Assembly (NCBI GenBank): GCA_902555725.1
Contig: CACDTN010000002.1
Location: 67,857 to 131,856 of the forward strand
Reading direction: 5' to 3'
Length of the DNA: 64,000 nt
Origin: an uncultured Pelagibacteraceae bacterium
GTDB taxonomy: Bacteria > Pseudomonadota > Alphaproteobacteria > Pelagibacterales > Pelagibacteraceae
Under the pieces are notes generated by a model. The model did no database searches, had not been told where the DNA came from, and was given only the letters and a program-made list of their open reading frames with translations. Positions 1 through 10,016 of this stretch are shown here, in pieces. Each line of letters starts with the position of its first letter. The stretch's first letter is position 1. The translations under genes and the position numbers were made by a program.

Positions 1-81
1 TTTAACTGTATCGAAAATACGATTTGAATCGTATTCATTCATTTGACATCCAAAAGTTTTGATAAAAATTTTTTTACTCAT
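1..81 (-). CDS. miaB: tRNA-i6A37 methylthiotransferase MiaB, first 27 codons only (gene runs off the left edge)
   Basis: The reverse-strand translation of 81..1 is MSKKIFIKTFGCQMNEYDSNRIFDTVK. KTFGCQMNEYDS is the N-terminal Cys motif of MiaB-type radical-SAM methylthiotransferases. Confidence 0.75.
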   Translation of the reverse strand, partial: MSKKIFIKTFGCQMNEYDSNRIFDTVK

Positions 82-513
82 TTATTGAGGTTTTTTTTTA
101 ACCCCATATAACTCTAATTTATGATCTACTAAAGTATAACCATATTTTTCTGCTACTTTAATTTGAAGTTTTTCTATTTCATCATCAACAAATTCAATTA
201 TCTCTCCTGTTTTTACATCGATCAAATGATCATGATGACTTTCGATCATCGCTTCATATCTTGCTTTGCCACCCTTAAAATCATGTTTAGCTAATATGCC
301 TGCCTCTTCTAAAAGTTTTACAGTCCTATAAACTGTAGCAATACTTATTTTTGGATCAATCTTTGAAACTCTATTATACAATTCATCTACATCTGGATGA
401 TCAGACTCCCCATAAGCCTCTTTGGATTCTGATATTACTCTAACTATTACTCTCCTTTGATCAGTTAGTTTTACACCTTTAGATATACATTTTTGTTCAA
501 TTGAATCTGACAT
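82..513 (-). CDS. fur: Fur-family metalloregulator (Fur/Mur/Irr-like)
   Basis: 143 aa with a winged-helix segment ATVYRTVKLLEEAGIL and the metal-site motif HHDHLIDVKTGEIIEF. The CxxC pairs of E. coli-type Fur are absent, as in many alphaproteobacterial Fur/Mur/Irr proteins. Confidence 0.8.
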   Translation of the reverse strand: MSDSIEQKCISKGVKLTDQRRVIVRVISESKEAYGESDHPDVDELYNRVSKIDPKISIATVYRTVKLLEEAGILAKHDFKGGKARYEAMIESHHDHLIDVKTGEIIEFVDDEIEKLQIKVAEKYGYTLVDHKLELYGVKKKPQ

Positions 514-522
514 AGTTTAATT

Positions 523-909
523 TTAACTTATATAAATAGGATTAATCAAATTTTTTTTAATTTTGAATTTGTCGCATAAAATGGGAATATTTTCATATTT
601 AATCTCATCGATATCTTTAAAATCTCTAAAACTAAAACAATAATAGTCTATTTTCGCAGCTAAATGGAATGCTTTTATTAAAGAAAGTGAATTTCTTATA
701 CCAGCAAAACTACCTGGACCTCTATTAACATAAATGGTTGAAATATCTTTTATTTTTATCTTATTTGAATTTAAAAAATCATTAATCAATATAATTAATT
801 TTTCATAATTAGTTTTGCTATTTGTGTGGGTAACATTATAAATATCAGTATTATTAATGAGCATAAAAAAAATATTCTCTCCTGCCGCATCAATAATTAG
901 TCTATTCAT
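523..909 (-). CDS. tsaB: tRNA t6A37 biosynthesis protein TsaB (YeaZ), unusually short
   Basis: The N-terminus LIIDAAGENIFF and the motif NRGPGSFAGIRNS are typical of TsaB/YeaZ. The protein is only 128 aa. Confidence 0.7.
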   Translation of the reverse strand: MNRLIIDAAGENIFFMLINNTDIYNVTHTNSKTNYEKLIILINDFLNSNKIKIKDISTIYVNRGPGSFAGIRNSLSLIKAFHLAAKIDYYCFSFRDFKDIDEIKYENIPILCDKFKIKKNLINPIYIS

Positions 910-1912
910 TTTTATTTTTTATTTTGCCATAAATTCTAATGCAGAAGATAATAATAGCAAATACTATTCAAAAGATGAGGGTGTAGTGTCAATTATGTAT
1001 CATCGGTTTAATGAAAATAAATATCCATCAACAAATATTAAAATTGATATTTTTAAAGAACATCTTCAAATTATTAAGAATTCAAGTTATAATTTCCTTA
1101 ATCCTAAAGATCTTGAGAATAATCTAAGGATCCCCAAAAAAAATAAAGAAATTTTAATTACTATAGATGACGGTTTTAAATCATTTTATGAAGAGGCATG
1201 GCCAATTTTAAAAAAAGAAAAAATACCTTTTATTTTATTTATATCAACTGAACCAGTAGGTAAAAATGGATACATGAATTGGAGTCAAATAAAAGAAATA
1301 GAAAAATCAGATTTTGGAATAATTGGACACCATTCACATACACACGATTATCTAATTGATAAAACAGATAAAGAATTTATTTCTGATATTGAAAAAGCAA
1401 ATGAAATATTTTTAAAAAATTTAGGATATATTCCAGAACTATTTTCATATCCTTTTGGTGAATACTCTAAATTTATGAAAGATTATATTTCTAAAAATTT
1501 TAAACTTTCATTTGGTCAACATTCAGGTGTAATAGATGTTAACAAGGATAAATTTGAACTTCCTAGGTTTCCAATCAACGAGAAATATGGAGAAATAAAA
1601 AGATTCAAATCAATTATAAATTACTTCCCTCTAGAATATAAAAGTTTAAAACCAGAAGAAAAAAAATTAAAAAAAGAGGATAACCCACCAATATTTAGTG
1701 TGGAATTTTTTGAAAATCAAAAAAATTTAAAGAACATTAACTGTTACTCAAATGAGGGTGGTGTCTGGGAAAAATCTAAAATTAAATTTAATGACTCTAA
1801 ACTTTTTATAGAGTTTAGAGAACCTTTCCTTCCAAGAAGGGGAAGAATAAATTGTTCCTTAAATGATAATGGTAAATGGCGTTGGTTTGGCACCCAATTT
1901 GTAGTAAACTAA
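857..1912 (+). CDS. Secreted polysaccharide deacetylase (NodB homology domain) with an uncharacterised C-terminal extension
   Basis: It has a signal-peptide-like N-terminus (SIISLFIFIFYFAINSNA), NodB motif 1 ITIDDG and motif 2 HHSHTH. The 5' end overlaps the tsaB 5' end by 53 nt. Confidence 0.75.
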   Translation: MSIKKIFSPAASIISLFIFIFYFAINSNAEDNNSKYYSKDEGVVSIMYHRFNENKYPSTNIKIDIFKEHLQIIKNSSYNFLNPKDLENNLRIPKKNKEILITIDDGFKSFYEEAWPILKKEKIPFILFISTEPVGKNGYMNWSQIKEIEKSDFGIIGHHSHTHDYLIDKTDKEFISDIEKANEIFLKNLGYIPELFSYPFGEYSKFMKDYISKNFKLSFGQHSGVIDVNKDKFELPRFPINEKYGEIKRFKSIINYFPLEYKSLKPEEKKLKKEDNPPIFSVEFFENQKNLKNINCYSNEGGVWEKSKIKFNDSKLFIEFREPFLPRRGRINCSLNDNGKWRWFGTQFVVN

Positions 1913-1914
1913 AA

Positions 1915-3078
1915 TTAAGTTAAGCTTTCAAGCTCAATACTTGAAGGGAGTAATTTTGCATCGTCAAAATCTTTTAAATTATTTTGTTTAATAATTTTTT
2001 GTAAAACTTCAACATATTGATTTCCTGTTTCAGCATAATTTTTAAGAAATTGAGAAAGAATAATACTATCTAAGGGTCTTTTAGAATCTCTTAATTGCGC
2101 CCGAGCTAATCTAAAATTTTCATATGAGGAGTGTGTATTTAAGTTTCTTTGATATGCTCTAACTGAGGCTTGTAACACATTAAACTTCATTACCTTGTGA
2201 CCTTTATTTTCATCAGCTTCTTTAGGCTTCAATCCTTCACCCGACCAAGTCCATTGACCGAAAAGAGCATTACCCTCTTGTGCGAATCTCGAAGTTCCCC
2301 AACCTGTTTCTTTTGCAGCTTGAGCTATAGCCAATGATACAGGAATTTCGTCCATTCTTATTTTTAAAATTGATAGATCTTTAGATGGGATACCATACTG
2401 TTTAAATTTATTTTTTAACCATTTCTTTTCTATTTTAGTATTATTGTTTTTGTTAATAATATTAAAAAGAGTTTTTCTATCTAATCTTATGTTGTTATTT
2501 TCTTTTAAAATTAATGGTAAAACAATTTGAATAAAAAATTCTTTTCTTTTTTTAGTATTTTCGATCATTTTAATTTCAGCAGGCAGAAGAGTTAATGCAA
2601 CTGGTTTAACTAATTTTTTTTGTCTCACATCATCTAATTTATAGTCAGTATCTTCAAATAATTGTTTAATTGTTGAAGCATTCAATCTTACCGTATCAGT
2701 TTCTAAATCGTTTAAACTGAAAATATCAATTAATAAATCTTTCTCATTCAATTCATTATTGGTGTATGTTCCATTATTTTTTTCATTAAGAGTATAAGCT
2801 AAAATAGATTTCGAATTATTTTGGAATTCATTTGTAATCATAAAATTTTTCTTTGTATAACTTGATATCAAAGGTAACGAATAAAAAGAAAAAAATATAA
2901 AAATACAAGCAATTAATATTCTTGGCAGCGATCCAATTCTTCTATCATCAAAATATTTAAAAATTTTCAGATTTTTTCTTTGGATTTTAAAGAATAGAAG
3001 CCTTGTTCTTAATAATACAATTTTATTTAAAAAACTAATATTACTTAATTTAAAATGAAAAAATTTTTTTTTTAACAT
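1915..3078 (-). CDS. Bax/FlgJ-like membrane-anchored glucosaminidase-domain protein
   Basis: 387 aa with an N-terminal TM segment (ILIACIFIFFSFYSLPLI). The C-terminal motif AQAAKETGWGTSRFAQEGNALFGQW is characteristic of the mannosyl-glycoprotein endo-beta-N-acetylglucosaminidase (Bax, COG2992) family. Confidence 0.7.
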   Translation of the reverse strand: MLKKKFFHFKLSNISFLNKIVLLRTRLLFFKIQRKNLKIFKYFDDRRIGSLPRILIACIFIFFSFYSLPLISSYTKKNFMITNEFQNNSKSILAYTLNEKNNGTYTNNELNEKDLLIDIFSLNDLETDTVRLNASTIKQLFEDTDYKLDDVRQKKLVKPVALTLLPAEIKMIENTKKRKEFFIQIVLPLILKENNNIRLDRKTLFNIINKNNNTKIEKKWLKNKFKQYGIPSKDLSILKIRMDEIPVSLAIAQAAKETGWGTSRFAQEGNALFGQWTWSGEGLKPKEADENKGHKVMKFNVLQASVRAYQRNLNTHSSYENFRLARAQLRDSKRPLDSIILSQFLKNYAETGNQYVEVLQKIIKQNNLKDFDDAKLLPSSIELESLT

Positions 3079-3618
3079 CTAAATAGCCTCAACTTTTTTA
3101 ACTTCAGGTAAGTAGTGACAAAGAAGATTCTGTACTCCTTGTTTTAAAGTCATTGTTGAACTTGGGCAACCAGAGCAACTTCCTTGTAATTGTACCTTTA
3201 CAATCCCATTTTTAAATTCTTTAAATCTAATATCTCCCCCATCTTTAGCTACTGCTGGTCTTATCTTTTCATCTAATATTTTAACAATTTTTTTCTCTAT
3301 TTCTTGCAAATTTTCTTTTTTTTCTTTTAATTCTTTATCAATCACACACTCTTTACCTTTTGAGTAAAAATCATTTATTAAAGAAATAACAATATGTTTA
3401 ATTTCATCCCACGATATTTTATCTTCTTTATTAATCGATATAAAATCTTTACCTAAAAAAATACCTTCAACTCCATTTATAGACATTAAATCTTTGACCA
3501 ATTCATTGTTTATTTCCTCTTTTTTCGTTATCTCAAATGAGCCTTGGTTAGACACAACTTTACCAGGTAAGAATTTTAATGAATTTGGGTTTGGTGTAAT
3601 TTCTGTCTGTACAAACAT
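3079..3618 (-). CDS. NifU/Nfu-type Fe-S cluster assembly scaffold protein
   Basis: It has an Nfu_N-type N-terminus MFVQTEITPNPNSLKFLPG and a C-terminal NifU domain with the CSGCPSS CxxC motif. Confidence 0.85.
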   Translation of the reverse strand: MFVQTEITPNPNSLKFLPGKVVSNQGSFEITKKEEINNELVKDLMSINGVEGIFLGKDFISINKEDKISWDEIKHIVISLINDFYSKGKECVIDKELKEKKENLQEIEKKIVKILDEKIRPAVAKDGGDIRFKEFKNGIVKVQLQGSCSGCPSSTMTLKQGVQNLLCHYLPEVKKVEAI

Positions 3619-3670
3619 GAATTATATATAGTCATAAATCATGAAAATGAAACTTGTTAATAAAAATATC

Positions 3671-4672
3671 TTAAAAACCAATTATTTTGTGAATTTTTTT
3701 AACTTTTTCAGACGCTATTTTGTCTGCTTTTTTATATCCATCTATAAGAATTGAGTCTAAATACTTATGATCATTTAGTAATTTTTTAATTTCAAATGAA
3801 ATAGGAACAATTTTTTCAATCAGTAATTGAGATAAACTTTCTTTAAACTGTGAGAAATTCTTTCCTGAAAATTCACTAATGGAATTTTCTAAAGTTAAAC
3901 CTGACAAACTTGAAAAAATTCCGATTAAATTTTTTGCTTCAGGTCTTTTGTCTAACTCTTCAATATTTGACGGTAAAGGTAAAGCATCAGTTTTAGCTTT
4001 TTTAATTTTGTTTGCTATTGTGTCCTTATCATCAGTTAAATTGATTCGACTTAGGTCTGATATTTCAGATTTGCTCATTTTTTTTAAACCATCCTTAAGA
4101 CTCATTATTCTTGAAAATTCTTTTTTAATTAAAGGTTCTGGAATCTTAAAAAAATCATCTACGTTGAAATCATTATTAAACTTTTGAGCTATATCCCTAC
4201 AAAGCTCTAAATGTTGTTTTTGATCATTTCCTACTGGAACGTGAGTTGAGTCGTAAAGAAGTATATCTGCAGCCATTAATACTGGATATGAATAAAGACC
4301 AATGCTAGCTTTCTCTTTATCTTTGCCTGCTTTTTCCTTAAATTGAGTCATTCTATTTAACCAACCCAATCTAGCTGTACAGCTTAAAATCCAAGCTGCT
4401 TCTGAATGTGCACTAACTTTAGATTGATTAAAGATAATACTTTTTTTTGGATCAATACCACTGGCAATAAAAGTTGCTACTGTTTCATGGATATTGTCTT
4501 TTAATTTCTTGGGATCTTGATTTACCGTAATGGCATGAAGATCCACAACACAAAAAATACAATGATTTTCTTTTTCATTATTAAGCTCTACAAAATTTTT
4601 TATAGCCCCTAAATAATTTCCTAAATGAAGATTACCGCTTGGTTGAACACCAGAGAAAATTTTTTTTACCAT
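3671..4672 (-). CDS. trpS: Tryptophan--tRNA ligase
   Basis: 333 aa with class I signatures [15 protein letters not shown] (HIGH-like) and KMSKS. Confidence 0.95.
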   Translation of the reverse strand: MVKKIFSGVQPSGNLHLGNYLGAIKNFVELNNEKENHCIFCVVDLHAITVNQDPKKLKDNIHETVATFIASGIDPKKSIIFNQSKVSAHSEAAWILSCTARLGWLNRMTQFKEKAGKDKEKASIGLYSYPVLMAADILLYDSTHVPVGNDQKQHLELCRDIAQKFNNDFNVDDFFKIPEPLIKKEFSRIMSLKDGLKKMSKSEISDLSRINLTDDKDTIANKIKKAKTDALPLPSNIEELDKRPEAKNLIGIFSSLSGLTLENSISEFSGKNFSQFKESLSQLLIEKIVPISFEIKKLLNDHKYLDSILIDGYKKADKIASEKVKKIHKIIGF

Positions 4673-4675
4673 AAA

Positions 4676-6205
4676 TTAATACTTTAGTTTAATATCATCA
4701 TATTTAAAAGCTTTGATAAGTAACGAAATTAAAAGGTAAAATATTAATCCTAAAATTACTGAAAATAATAAATAAAATGACTTTAGGTAATAATCATAAA
4801 CTAATTGATTTTCAAAAAATATAATTACATATTTGAAAAAAATACCCATTAAAAATGATGAAAATGATATTTTGATGAATCTTATTATAAAAATTTCATT
4901 AAATTGAAACAAGTCTCTATTTTTTAGAAAAATAAATAATAATATAGAATTAAACCAAGAGGAGATACTAGTAGCAATAGGTATAATTATAAAACCTGCA
5001 CTTTTAAAATAATAAATACTTATAAATACATTTAGAATTACTGAGAATAAGGAAATATAAAATGGTGTCTTGGTATCATGATTTGCGAAAAAAAAAGTCG
5101 AAAAAACTTTTATTAAAGCAAAAGCTGGTAAACCAAGACCAAAATAAAAAAGTGCTTGTGCAGAATTATTTACAGATTCTTCAGAGAAAGAACCATAGCC
5201 AAATAAAGCAGAAATGATTACATCTGATCCAATAAATAAAGCTACAGAAGCTGGTAAGCTTAAAAACATACTCAATTCCAATGCTTTATTTTGTACTTGT
5301 AAAATTTTCTTCTTTTTTTTTAAATAAACATATTTTGATAATTGAGGTAAAACAACAACACCTATAGCAATTCCAGCGATTGCGAGATTTATTTGATAAA
5401 TTCTATCTGCATAATATAAATATGACACTGCGCTTGCTTGAAAAGAAGCAATAATTGTTCCAATCAATATATTTATTTGTGTAACTCCTGATGAAAAAAT
5501 ACTTGGCAAAAGTTTTTTAAAAAAAAATTTTACTTTTTTGTCAATCTTAAATTTTAAGCTTAGATTTATTACATAAAATTTTTTAACAAATCTATATAAG
5601 AAAATTAATTGTAATAAACCAGCTATAGATACTCCATAAGAAAGAAAATAAATTAATTTATCATTCAAATATTTGCCAAAAATTAATATTCCTATTAAAA
5701 CTAAATTTAAGATAATTGGCGCTGCTGAAGCAGCTGCAAATTTATTATGAGAATTAAGTATTGCAGCAAAAAAAGAAGATAAGCTCACAAATAGTAAAAA
5801 AGGGAAAGTTATTCTTGTCAAATTAATAGCTAATTCAATTTTATCTTCATTTTGAACAAAGCCAGGAGCTATTAAGCTCACAAAAGCAGGCATAAATATT
5901 TCAACAATCAAGACTAAAAAAAATAAACCTAAAAATAATAAATTAAAGATTTGATTAGCAAATTTTGTTGATTTAGAATTGTTTTTTACTAGTTCTGCAG
6001 TGTAGCTTGGAACAAAAGCAGCGTTAAATGTACCTTCAGCAAATAATCTTCTAAAAGTATTTGGTATTCTAAAAGCTACAAAAAAAGCATCCGCTAAAAA
6101 ACTTGTTCCAAGAAAAATTGCAATTAACACATCTCTTAAATAACCAAGTAATCTGCTGATTATAGTATAAAAACCAAAAGTGCCTGTTGACTTAACTAAA
6201 TTCAT
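4676..6205 (-). CDS. murJ: Lipid II flippase MurJ (MviN)
   Basis: 509-aa polytopic membrane protein. The N-terminal motif ISRLLGYLRDVLIAIFLG and FRIPNTFRRLFAEGTFNAAFVP are typical of MurJ/MviN. Confidence 0.9.
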   Translation of the reverse strand: MNLVKSTGTFGFYTIISRLLGYLRDVLIAIFLGTSFLADAFFVAFRIPNTFRRLFAEGTFNAAFVPSYTAELVKNNSKSTKFANQIFNLLFLGLFFLVLIVEIFMPAFVSLIAPGFVQNEDKIELAINLTRITFPFLLFVSLSSFFAAILNSHNKFAAASAAPIILNLVLIGILIFGKYLNDKLIYFLSYGVSIAGLLQLIFLYRFVKKFYVINLSLKFKIDKKVKFFFKKLLPSIFSSGVTQINILIGTIIASFQASAVSYLYYADRIYQINLAIAGIAIGVVVLPQLSKYVYLKKKKKILQVQNKALELSMFLSLPASVALFIGSDVIISALFGYGSFSEESVNNSAQALFYFGLGLPAFALIKVFSTFFFANHDTKTPFYISLFSVILNVFISIYYFKSAGFIIIPIATSISSWFNSILLFIFLKNRDLFQFNEIFIIRFIKISFSSFLMGIFFKYVIIFFENQLVYDYYLKSFYLLFSVILGLIFYLLISLLIKAFKYDDIKLKY

Positions 6206-6255
6206 AAATCATATTAGTCTTAATTTTACCCCATTTGTACACCTAATTAAGTTAA

Positions 6256-8541
6256 ATGAAAAAAACAAAAATAGATCATTACACTGATAAAGAAGCATTA
6301 GATTTTCATAGTTATAAAAAACCAGGGAAGATTGAAATTTCATCATCAAAAAATATGACTACCAAGAGAGATCTTGCATTAGCATATTCTCCTGGTGTTG
6401 CTGCTCCAGTAAGAGCAATCAGTGATAATCCTGAAGCTGCATTTGACTACACAAGTAAAGGAAATCTAGTTGCCGTTATTAGTAATGGTTCAGCTATCTT
6501 AGGTATGGGTAATCTAGGTGCTTTAGCATCTAAACCTGTAATGGAAGGAAAAGCAGTTTTGTTTAAAAGATTTGCAGACATTGACTCGATCGATCTTGAA
6601 ATTGATTCTAACGATCCAGATGAGATTATAAATAGTATAAAAAATTTTGCGCCAAGCTTTGGTGGTATAAATCTTGAAGATATTGCGGCTCCTGATTGTT
6701 TTATTATTGAAGAAAAGCTTAAAGAAATTTTAGATATACCTGTTTTTCATGATGATCAACATGGCACCGCTATAATTACTACAGCAGCATTACTAAATGC
6801 TCTTGATATAAGTAAAAAAAAAATAGATAAAATAAAAATAGTTGTAAATGGTGCTGGCGCATCTGCAATGGCTTGTACAAATTTATTTAAGAAAAGTGGT
6901 GTTCCTCAAAAGAATATCACAATGATTGACAGACAAGGTGTAATATTTAGAGGAAGAGAAAATTTAAATCAATGGAAGTCAAGTCACGCAATTGAAACAC
7001 AAGACAGAGATCTAAATGATGCAATTAAAAATGCAGATGTTTTTTTAGGATTGTCAGCAAAAGGAGCTTTAACAAAAGATATGGTAAAAAAAATGGCAAA
7101 AAACCCAATTATTTTTGCTTGTGCAAATCCAGATCCTGAAATTACACCAGAAGAAATTGAAGAGGTAAGAGATGATGCAATTATAGCAACTGGAAGATCA
7201 GACTATCCAAATCAGGTAAATAATTTAATAGGCTTTCCATATATTTTTAGAGGTGCTTTAGATGTTAGATCTAAAACAATCAACGAGGAAATGAAAGTAG
7301 CTGCTGCAAATGCGATTGCAAATCTAGCAAAAGAGGATGTTCCTGACGAAGTTGTTGCAGCAATGGGTGGTGAAAGACCACACTATGGCAAAGATTATAT
7401 TATTCCATCAACATTTGACCCTAGATTAATAAGTGTCATTCCTGCTGCTGTAGCTCAGGCTGCTATAGATACCGGAGTTGCAAGAATCAAAATTAATGAT
7501 TTTGAAATCTATAGAGATCAACTAAAACAAAGATTAGATCCAACAGTAACTATTATGCAGGGTATTAATAGTTATATCAAAAAAAAACCAAAAAAAGTTG
7601 TTTTTGCAGATGGTGAGGATGAGAACACTCTTAAAGCTGCAATAGCTTTCAAAAATTCAAAATTAGGAATACCGATTTTAATTGGAAAAGAAGAATTAAT
7701 TAAAGAGCAAATAAAAAAAATTGGTTATAATGAAAATTTTGATATTGAAATTATTAATTCGAAAGACACGCCTAAAAGAGAAAAATATGTTAAATATTTG
7801 TTTAAAAAACTTCAAAGAGAACAAGGAATGCTAGAATGGGATTGTGATAGGCTCATTAGAAACGATAGAGTTATTTGGGCATCTTGTATGGTCGCTTGCA
7901 ATGATGCAGATGCCATGGTGACCGGAAATACAAGAAGATATTCTTCTTCTTTAGAAAAAATTGTAAAAGTTGTGGACCCAAGACCTGGGGAGATTATGTT
8001 TGGTTTAAATTTAGTCGTAAATAGGGGTAAAACAATATTCATATGTGATACCTCAGTAATAGAATATCCTGATGCAAATCAATTGGCTGATATGGCTAAA
8101 TCGGCTGCAAGAGTTGTAAAACTTTTTGGTTTTGATCCTAAGGTTGCTTTTTTATCTCACTCCACATTTGGTCAACCAGTCACTGATAGAACAAAAAGAA
8201 TAAGCGACGCAGTTGAGATTTTAAAAAAAAGTAATGTAGATTTCAAATTTGATGGAGAAATGCAGCCAGATGTTGCGCTTGAAGAGGTATATAAAGAGCT
8301 TTATCCTTTTTCTGAAATAGTTGGTAATTCAAATGTGCTAGTAATGCCAAGTCAGCATAGTGCAGCTATTTCGTATAAAATGATTAAATCTATGAGTAGG
8401 GCAAAAGTTATTGGGCCATTACTAATTGGTTTAGGTCTTCCAATTGAAATATCACCACTAAGATCTTCCACATCAGACATTATCAATTTAGCATCTATAG
8501 CTGCATATTCTGCAGATGTCATTGATTACAAAAAAAATTAG
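6256..8541 (+). CDS. maeB: NADP-dependent malic enzyme with C-terminal phosphotransacetylase-like domain
   Basis: 761 aa. The malic-enzyme N-terminal and NAD(P)-binding domains are present (DLALAYSPGVA, FHDDQHGTAI, VVNGAGASA), followed by a roughly 330-aa PTA-like domain. Confidence 0.95.
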   Translation: MKKTKIDHYTDKEALDFHSYKKPGKIEISSSKNMTTKRDLALAYSPGVAAPVRAISDNPEAAFDYTSKGNLVAVISNGSAILGMGNLGALASKPVMEGKAVLFKRFADIDSIDLEIDSNDPDEIINSIKNFAPSFGGINLEDIAAPDCFIIEEKLKEILDIPVFHDDQHGTAIITTAALLNALDISKKKIDKIKIVVNGAGASAMACTNLFKKSGVPQKNITMIDRQGVIFRGRENLNQWKSSHAIETQDRDLNDAIKNADVFLGLSAKGALTKDMVKKMAKNPIIFACANPDPEITPEEIEEVRDDAIIATGRSDYPNQVNNLIGFPYIFRGALDVRSKTINEEMKVAAANAIANLAKEDVPDEVVAAMGGERPHYGKDYIIPSTFDPRLISVIPAAVAQAAIDTGVARIKINDFEIYRDQLKQRLDPTVTIMQGINSYIKKKPKKVVFADGEDENTLKAAIAFKNSKLGIPILIGKEELIKEQIKKIGYNENFDIEIINSKDTPKREKYVKYLFKKLQREQGMLEWDCDRLIRNDRVIWASCMVACNDADAMVTGNTRRYSSSLEKIVKVVDPRPGEIMFGLNLVVNRGKTIFICDTSVIEYPDANQLADMAKSAARVVKLFGFDPKVAFLSHSTFGQPVTDRTKRISDAVEILKKSNVDFKFDGEMQPDVALEEVYKELYPFSEIVGNSNVLVMPSQHSAAISYKMIKSMSRAKVIGPLLIGLGLPIEISPLRSSTSDIINLASIAAYSADVIDYKKN

Positions 8542-9131
8542 TTTTTTTGGATTCTTAGATTTTCAACAAGTAAAATACTAGCTATTACATCCTCAACATT
8601 TAAAATTTCTTTTGACTCTTCTATTACTAAATCTTTTTCATTTTTAGAGGAAGCTATTCCATAAATATATATTTTTTGTTTATAAGTATCTATTTGATAA
8701 TTGGTAGCTTTTATGTCTTTATTAAAGATGAGTGCTGTTCTCAACTGTGAAGTTATTAAAATATCTTTTGCAGATTGTTTAAAATCAAATCCTTCTTTTA
8801 TCTTTATATCATTTCTAACAGATCTAACACCCTCTGTTTCCCATGCTACTTTTGTTAGTTTAAGTTTTTCTTCGGGATCATCGACTTTACCTGTCAAAAA
8901 AATTCTACCATCCAAAACCTTCGATTTAACTGATAAAAAATAATTTTTATCAATTAAAAGAATTCTAGCTGACAAATTTTTTTGCATGATAGAATCATCA
9001 ATTTGTGTACCTAATGATCTTGGATCAATCGCTACACTAACTCCAGTCCCAAAAATACCCGTTGATGATACACCAACACAGTTATTTAAAATTAAACTAA
9101 TTAGTATTAGAATTATAAATTTATTTTTCAT
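8538..9131 (-). CDS. BON-domain lipoprotein (DolP/YraP/OsmY-like)
   Basis: 197 aa with a lipobox LILNNC and two BON-type repeats (VLDGRIFLTGKV... and KQKIYIYGIASS...). It lies next to rsmI, as yraP does in the E. coli yraL-yraP locus. Confidence 0.7.
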   Translation of the reverse strand: MKNKFIILILISLILNNCVGVSSTGIFGTGVSVAIDPRSLGTQIDDSIMQKNLSARILLIDKNYFLSVKSKVLDGRIFLTGKVDDPEEKLKLTKVAWETEGVRSVRNDIKIKEGFDFKQSAKDILITSQLRTALIFNKDIKATNYQIDTYKQKIYIYGIASSKNEKDLVIEESKEILNVEDVIASILLVENLRIQKN

Positions 9132-9984
9132 TTTTTACCCTTAAGCAGTAATCGTAAATAACCCTTTTTGGAATTTTATTATTTTCGTTTATTATACTTG
9201 AAATTTCTTTTATACTTAATTTATTAATCATATTATTAATAATTCTTTTATCTGATTCACTTAAAATTTGTGAGATCTTTTTAGCTTCTTTTTTTTCTGA
9301 TATAACAATAGTTAGCTCACCTTTTAAATTAGACTTGAATAATTCTAGTTCATCAATCTCAGATCTATAAAATTCCTCATAAAATTTTGTCATTTCCCTA
9401 CAAATTAGAATTTTTCTTCCTGTGAAATTTTTTTTAATAAAAGGTATGATTTTATTTAATTTTTTTGGAGAGATAAAAAAAACTAAAGAACTATTTAATT
9501 GAGATAGAATTTCCAAATCTCTTTGAAGATCTTTATTTTTCTCTGGAAAAAAACCATAAAAAAAAAATTTTTCAGAAAATCCACTTATAGATACTGCTGA
9601 TGTCACTGCAGAAGCACCTGGAAGAGGAATTATCTCTATATTATTTTTAATGCATTCTTTAATTAGTATTGCACCAGGATCAGAAATACTTGGAGTTCCA
9701 GCATCAGATATTAAAGAAACCAATAAACCTTGCTTTATAAATTCAATTATTTTTGACAAATTTTTCTTTTCATTAAACTTATGATTTGAAATTAACTTAG
9801 ATTTAATCTGATATTTATTTAATAAATTTTTGGAAACTCTGGTGTCTTCACAAAGAATATAATCTGATTTTTTAAGAGTATCTATAGCTCTGAAACTTAT
9901 GTCGTTCAAATTTCCTATTGGAGTAGATACCAAATATAAGCTTTTTTTTGTCACTTTATAATCAGATTTTGAATTTACAATCAT
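9121..9984 (-). CDS. rsmI: 16S rRNA (cytidine1402-2'-O)-methyltransferase
   Basis: 287 aa with the tetrapyrrole-methylase-fold N-terminus LYLVSTPIGNLNDISFRAIDTLK, CEDTR and ISDAGTPSISDPG. Confidence 0.9.
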   Translation of the reverse strand: MIVNSKSDYKVTKKSLYLVSTPIGNLNDISFRAIDTLKKSDYILCEDTRVSKNLLNKYQIKSKLISNHKFNEKKNLSKIIEFIKQGLLVSLISDAGTPSISDPGAILIKECIKNNIEIIPLPGASAVTSAVSISGFSEKFFFYGFFPEKNKDLQRDLEILSQLNSSLVFFISPKKLNKIIPFIKKNFTGRKILICREMTKFYEEFYRSEIDELELFKSNLKGELTIVISEKKEAKKISQILSESDKRIINNMINKLSIKEISSIINENNKIPKRVIYDYCLRVKNEK

Positions 9985-10016
9985 ATTTGTTATTAAAACA
10001 ATATAGTATCATTAAA

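Noticed and set aside
9948-10016. Long N-terminal extensions were offered by the ORF track: 9948 for the LpoA-like gene, 15726 for dapB, 52503 (TTG) for the UbiH-like gene and 63140 for the hypothetical protein.
   Set aside because: Each extension overlaps the neighbouring gene or precedes a better start. In each case an internal ATG gives a canonical N-terminus: a signal peptide, a Rossmann GxGxxG, or the conserved dapB start.
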